From NCBI GenBank assembly GCA_018398765.1, contig JAHBMJ010000344.1:62001-126000 (forward strand): a DNA stretch of 64,000 nucleotides, given 5' to 3'. This document shows, one piece after another, positions 52,495 to 64,000 of the stretch (within the stretch, counting starts at the first letter, position 1; every line of letters begins with the position of its first letter). This stretch comes from Chromera velia. Lineage: Eukaryota. The position numbers were made by a program, and so were the translations under genes. The notes below the pieces were generated by a model, which saw nothing but the letters and a program-made list of their open reading frames with translations, did not search any database and had not been told where the DNA came from.

Positions 52495-53411
52495 TTTCCG
52501 TCTGCTGGTTGGTTGATCGAAACGTTTCAAGAAAGGAAGAAGAATCTGATCGATCGTGTAGTCAGGCTCACGGAAGGGCGATGCTGGTCGGATGTTTCTT
52601 CAAACAGATACAAACAGAAACTTGAAAGGGGAGGGAGGAAGGGAGTTCGTTGAAGACTTCAAAACCGCTGAGAGACTTGGAATTGGCGACCTCGAATTTC
52701 CGAATTTTGTTGCAGTCTAAACGCTTGCAACATTACGTGCCCCCCCGCCCCACCCGTCCGCGGCAAGCCGACCGCGCGCGCTCCGGCCTTCCTGTGCGAG
52801 TGGCCCATAAAAGCGAAAATGACGAATTTCTTCACCGCCGAAGCAGTTTACGCCGCAACTTTACGGGGCCACGATTTTGAACGGTCCCGCAAGGCGGGTT
52901 ACGTGAATTCTGCTCCGTACGAGTGGTGTTGGGGGGCCTAATACCTAATAGGCCCGGCTTGTGCCGTGGCCCCCGGCCGACGGTATGTTAATTAAAGTGG
53001 CAGTACCCCCCAATGCTCAGTGCATGGCCGCCGGCAGCCAACGGACGTCCAACCGCGTCAGATACCGTGGCCGCGGGCAACGAAATTGAACTTTCAATTA
53101 ATAGTTCATGAACTTTTGGGGGCCACGGCATGCTCCCTGGGAGCATTTCAGTCGCTCATGCGTGCGTCAACTGCTGCTCTATGGGCTATCTGGATCTCTC
53201 GTCGATCGAAAGATCAACAGCCAGACGTCATACGTACCTGTCAACAAAGAAACATATGGAGCAAGCTCCACGCGGTTCAAGCTGCCCAAACCTCATTTGA
53301 TACTGCTGTGCGTGAGGAGCGAGGCGAGGGACTGTGTGTCGCCGCTCTGATGCAGACTGAAGGTGCGAACAGGCAATACGTTTTTTGAAGCCGAAATACT
53401 TGTGGTAAGCA

Positions 53412-54157
53412 ATGTCTCTAGCCTTGAAGATCTTGCAGGATTGCTTTTTATTTTTACTTTTCGCTTTTCAAGGCCCCACAAGTCGGGAAGAGGGCACAGT
53501 CTTCAGCACCTCTCCTTCTCTGTCGCTTCGCCGTCTCTCGCCGTCTCCGTCTCCCACGTCGTCCGCGTCGTCTCATTCGGACGCGAGAGCGAGAGGCGGT
53601 AGAGACCGGTGTTTCTCCTCTCCAGGGCCGCGTGTATCACGCAGAGCGCGCCTGCCGCGTGTCTCTCCTCCCGAGATGAAAGCAGCTCGGGGTGAATCTG
53701 CACAGACGCTTTTGTTTTCAAGCACATCCAGTTGGAGCAGTTTGAAGGCGTCCAAGAGAGAAAGAGAGGGGAGGGAAGAGCGGTCTTCTGTTTCACCCGG
53801 AAGATTGAAAGGAGAAGGTCAAACCAAAAAGAGAGGAGAAAGACAGGGGAAGCCGTTGAAAGCAAAAAGGGTCAGTGTATGTCTCTCGAAGGGTGAGTGC
53901 ATGTGCGCATTTATCCCACAAGCACGTTCGCCATGGATGCAAAGAAAACCTCCAGAGCTGCACAGCGGAAGTCGGAGAAGGCAAAATGATCTGTCGAGTC
54001 GGGTGAATGAATGGATGGATGGATGGCGCCACTGCATCCATTCAGTCAAGGCCGGTTTGGGAAGGGGAAATTGAAGGGCAGAACTTTATTTGTCTGGAAA
54101 CGAAAAGTATCTGGGTGTGTTCACACTGTAGAATGGTATGGCATGGTTCTTTGCAGG

Positions 54158-54210
<53 letters not shown>

Positions 54211-55085
54211 CATGCTCTGTCTGTCTGACTGTCCGTTTGTCTGTCTATCTGTCTGTCTGTGTCTCTGTCTGTCTATGTGTCTGGCTGCCTGTCTGTCTGT
54301 TTCCTGAAGAAAAGGATGGAAAAAAACCATATAGCCTGTCTGTCTGCCTGCCTGCCTGCCTGCCTGCCTGTCTGTCTGTCTGTCCGTCTGTCCGTCTGTC
54401 CGTCTGTCTGTCTGTCTGTCTGTCTGTCTGCAGAGAGAGATCATTTTGGTGAACCCGACGGAGTTTCGATTCTGTGCCCTCTCATACGATTTGCCCTCTT
54501 TCGTCGAACTGAAGCCCTTCCCTTTCAGGTTAGCGAGGTTGGGATATGGGGGGGTGGGGGCAGGGGAGGAGCTAGGCATTTTTCTTTCTGTTCTTCTTCT
54601 GCACGCACATCCTTGCCAGGGTGCCCAAAATAGATGCAAATCGCCTGAGTGCCACCCACCCACCCACCACCCATCCACAATGGCCGAACAAAAGGCATCT
54701 GGGGGTCTCCTTCCTTCTATTCGTCCGTCCTTCCCTTTTCGGTCTCTCTCTGTTCTTGGCATACTTGCAATCAGGACGCAAGAGTGGAAGCTAGAGCTGT
54801 CTTCTCTCTTTCTTTCGATCAGTCTTTTTCCTCTTTTCGCTGGTCCTTCTTTTTGAGTAACTGCCTGCCTTCTTGGACGGAAAAGATGCGAACAGATAGT
54901 CAGGGGTACAGACAGATCATATGTCTGTACACATCGACACAAGACTCACAGACTGGCTGAGTGACATACTGACTCCGAGACAGACAGATTTACTGACTGA
55001 CTGACTGATTAGCAAACAGACAAAAAGACGGAGACACAAATGCAGACCGACAGGCACAGGCACAGACAGAGACAGAGACAGAGAC

Positions 55086-55116
<31 letters not shown>

Positions 55117-55950
55117 CAAAGTGCCACGCAGAAAAAAAAGTCTACACTCACATGCAAAAGATGCATGTGGGCGAACGTTCGCACAGAGAGACTGCCAGAA
55201 ACAGTACAAGAAGAGAACCTCCGGAAAGAAAGAAAATGCCAACGCACGCGTTTTTTCGATGAATGCTTGCATCTCTCCCTCAGTATGTTATGAGCATGTG
55301 TGTGTATATCGGATATATTTATCAATGTTTCAAAACCATGCATCATTTGTGTGCTTTCTTGACTGCATGCATGGGTGCGATCAATTAAATTAAGCAGGTG
55401 GCGTCTGAGCATTCCGGAGACCTCCTTCCAAGGTTTGCTTCTGGAGGAACTTCGCCTCCCTTTCCGCTGGTCCTGTTATCCCTCTGTGTTTGGGTTCAAC
55501 GAGGCAATGAAGGTCCTCAGAGGGAAGGGCAAACCTAACGGAGCTGCTGGGGAAGAACTGAGTGATCCTCGTGAGAATAACGTCGGGAAAAATTCAAATT
55601 TCTCCGTTGCTGACAAGGTCTTTTCAAATCTCTCGACGGTTTCGTCTTTCTTCTCAAGAGCGTTCTCTTTCTTCTTGCCTCTAGAAAAGAAGAAGCGGAG
55701 ACCCCAAGACGGAACTCCATCTTCCCTTCACCAGACTGATCAGCCAGTCTCCCCAGAGAAGCCGTCTCCCTCTCCGTCCCTCGACTGTTCCTTCGAGATT
55801 TCTATCTCAAAGCTGAGCCTCCCTTCTTTGTCATCATCCTCGGGCTCGGGGTCGGGCTTCGGAGGTGGGGTGCGGTGTAACCTTGAGGTCAGTCAGTCAG
55901 ACAGTCAGTCAGATAACAGTCAGTCGGCGCTGTTTTTGTGCGACTAAGTG

Positions 55951-55982
<32 letters not shown>

Positions 55983-56933
55983 GCCTCTGGATATGCGGCT
56001 CTGCTTCGCTCTGTGATGTGTTAGCTACCTTCCCTTGCCTTGTTTTGAAGTATTCCGACAACACTCACCGTTTACTTAATTGAAAGTCCCTCCCTCCAGT
56101 CCCTGGAAGGAATTGCATGATGATGATGGACGTACAGCTAGGGGGTCCTGTCATGAAGGGATGGAGGGAGGGCAATGCCATGCATCAGTCTTTGTCTCTC
56201 CATGCATCCACGCTTGCATGCGCATACAAATGAATTTCTTCCACCGAACGTTCCTGTCTGTCGTCTTCGGGATGCGATATCCACGCCTGCTTCGATGCCC
56301 TAGACTAATCATAGATTGATTAACATAGGCCGCACCGCATTTTGTCGTCACGAGAGGTCTTCGGCGAAGGGCGGCGCTTTTGCGGGCAACTGAGATGCAG
56401 AATGCGCTTTGCCTTTCGGAGACTTTTTGCGGTTTGTTCTGATGTTGTCCGCACACACCACAAGGCCTAAATACATGTATGCGTGTTTAACTTTGTGTCG
56501 GCATGATGATCTGCATGTCTCATTCCTTCCTTCCTTCCTTCCTTCCTTCCTTCCTTGCACGAGGGTGTTTGTTTGATCCACGCACTGGGATGGGAAGCAC
56601 TGCACGGTGACCAGTCGATTTTGAGAAATGATGCCAGACCAACCAATAACAATAATGATGATGATGATGCAGGTCCGAGACCAGGGGGGGAAGGGGAAGG
56701 GCAAGGGGCTCCCGAATCGAGAGTGGAATGTGAAGAGACAGAACGGATCGTCCAGAAAGAGGGGGGGACCAAGGAGCGTCTATGACCCTCCGGACTGTGC
56801 CTCGATCGCGGAACCTCTCAGATGTAGACTGGAGACGGGAGAAGGGACTCAAAGCGACAACCCCCAAGCATTTACTTTTGTTTATTTTGATACCAATCGA
56901 AAAAAAGGGGCATGGAAGTGGTTGAATTTATAA
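53412..56933 (+). CDS. Hypothetical protein with a possible N-terminal leader; exons 53412-53870, 54434-54528, 55398-55887, 56673-56933
   Basis: Phase-consistent (0,2,0) GT-AG joins from ATG 53412 to TAA 56933. No family recognised, and small internal exons could be missed. Confidence 0.55.
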
Positions 56934-57159
56934 AACATCATACGGTGTCATGATACTGATGAATAAGGTGATATATATGGTCTTTATCAAGACTTTATGA
57001 TATGTAATTGTTATTAGCCTAGTCACCAAACTACACCAAACCATTTTTAATACCCAAACGCTGGGCGGCAACGTATGAAGCATAAAACTTGTTTATAACT
57101 TCTTTTATATTTTGAGGATATGATAAGATTTTTATTCTAGGACCCGCTATGATTCAAAT

Positions 57160-57535
57160 CTTAGGGAAATCCTAGTGAAACCCAAAGGAAATCTATAGGA
57201 AATTGATAGGGAATCTCATGTGGGAAATCTGCTTGAGATTCCTATTTTTATGGAAAATCAGCCAAATTTCCATAAATTTCCCAATTTATGGAAATCTTGG
57301 GGAAATTCATGGAAATGATTGTAAGGATTTCCATATATTTCCTATAAGATTCCCGTAATTATGGGAAATTTATGGAAATCTGGCTGATTTCTCATAAAAA
57401 TGGAAATCTCAAGCAGATTTCCCACGTGAGATTTTTCATCAATTTCCCATGCATGGATTTCCATAAGATTCCCCTTAGATTTCCTTAAGATTTCTCATCA
57501 ATTTCCCACAGATTTCCCAGTGGTTTCCATAATTT
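57160..57535. mobile_element. Foldback-like palindromic element built from GGAAAT/ATTTCC modules
   Basis: Arm ~57198-57298 (…GTGGGAAATCTGCTTGAGATT…AAATCAGCCAAATTTCCATAAATTTCCCA) is the imperfect reverse complement of arm ~57345-57448. Confidence 0.75.
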
Positions 57536-57930
57536 TTTGTTGGGGGGGTGAGACAGCCTATAGTTAATGAACTAAGGGGTCATCGAAATATTGATTTGCG
57601 ACCCGATCTAGGACCCGATGGGTACGTCACAAACCCCCCTCCGCCCCTCCCCCCCCCCCCCNNNNNNNNNNNNNNNNNNNNNNNNNNNNNNNNNNNNNNN
57701 NNNNNNCCCCCGGGGCCCATCTAACTGACTAACCAACTAAATTCTAGACTGAATTATTATAATTTAACGCAGCATCCAATGTTATATAAACGTGTGACAA
57801 TTCTACATGTAATAAAAGATGCATTCTGTGTGCATTATGCTCTAAATCTAGTCCTGATTTGTCGCCTTGCAATCTAGCTTGCAATGCACGCATGCAACTT
57901 CAGCACACTTCTGACCAGCTAGCTCTTTCT

Positions 57931-63874
<5,944 letters not shown>

Positions 63875-63917
63875 CTGCACGGATAAAACCATCCATCCAC
63901 CCATCCTTCCAGTCAGC

Positions 63918-63953
<36 letters not shown>

Positions 63954-64000
63954 AAGTCAGTCAATCAGTCAGTCAGTCAGTCAGTCAGTCAGTCATGTGT

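Overview
This is intron-rich eukaryotic genomic DNA with microsatellite-packed introns and unusual GTC[AGCT]GT donor sites. By style it resembles the chromerid alveolate Chromera velia (inference only). Most entries in the ORF track are artefacts of simple repeats. Hand-spliced, phase-consistent gene models give: a Cys-rich membrane hypothetical protein (+); a 16-exon organellar-type histidyl-tRNA synthetase with a bipartite leader (+); a DUF2358+SOUL heme-binding-like protein (-); a long low-complexity protein (+); an ankyrin-repeat protein with one repeat per exon (-); a secreted lysyl oxidase-like protein with intact Cu/LTQ residues (-); a hypothetical protein (+); and the 3' part of a bromodomain protein (-). 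Genes alternate in strand. Divergent pairs share GC-rich spacers that each contain GCGCGCGC. Convergent pairs are separated by AT-rich islands, three of which hold nested MITEs, a decayed LINE or a foldback element. The most striking unexplained signal is a family of tiny (about 45-85 bp) intronic inserts at seven loci. They share the terminal motif TGC(G/A)TTTA(C/T)TTTCATACAGAATT, usually in inverted orientation at both ends. Each insert sits between long (19-39 bp) locus-specific direct repeats that often duplicate a splice site.
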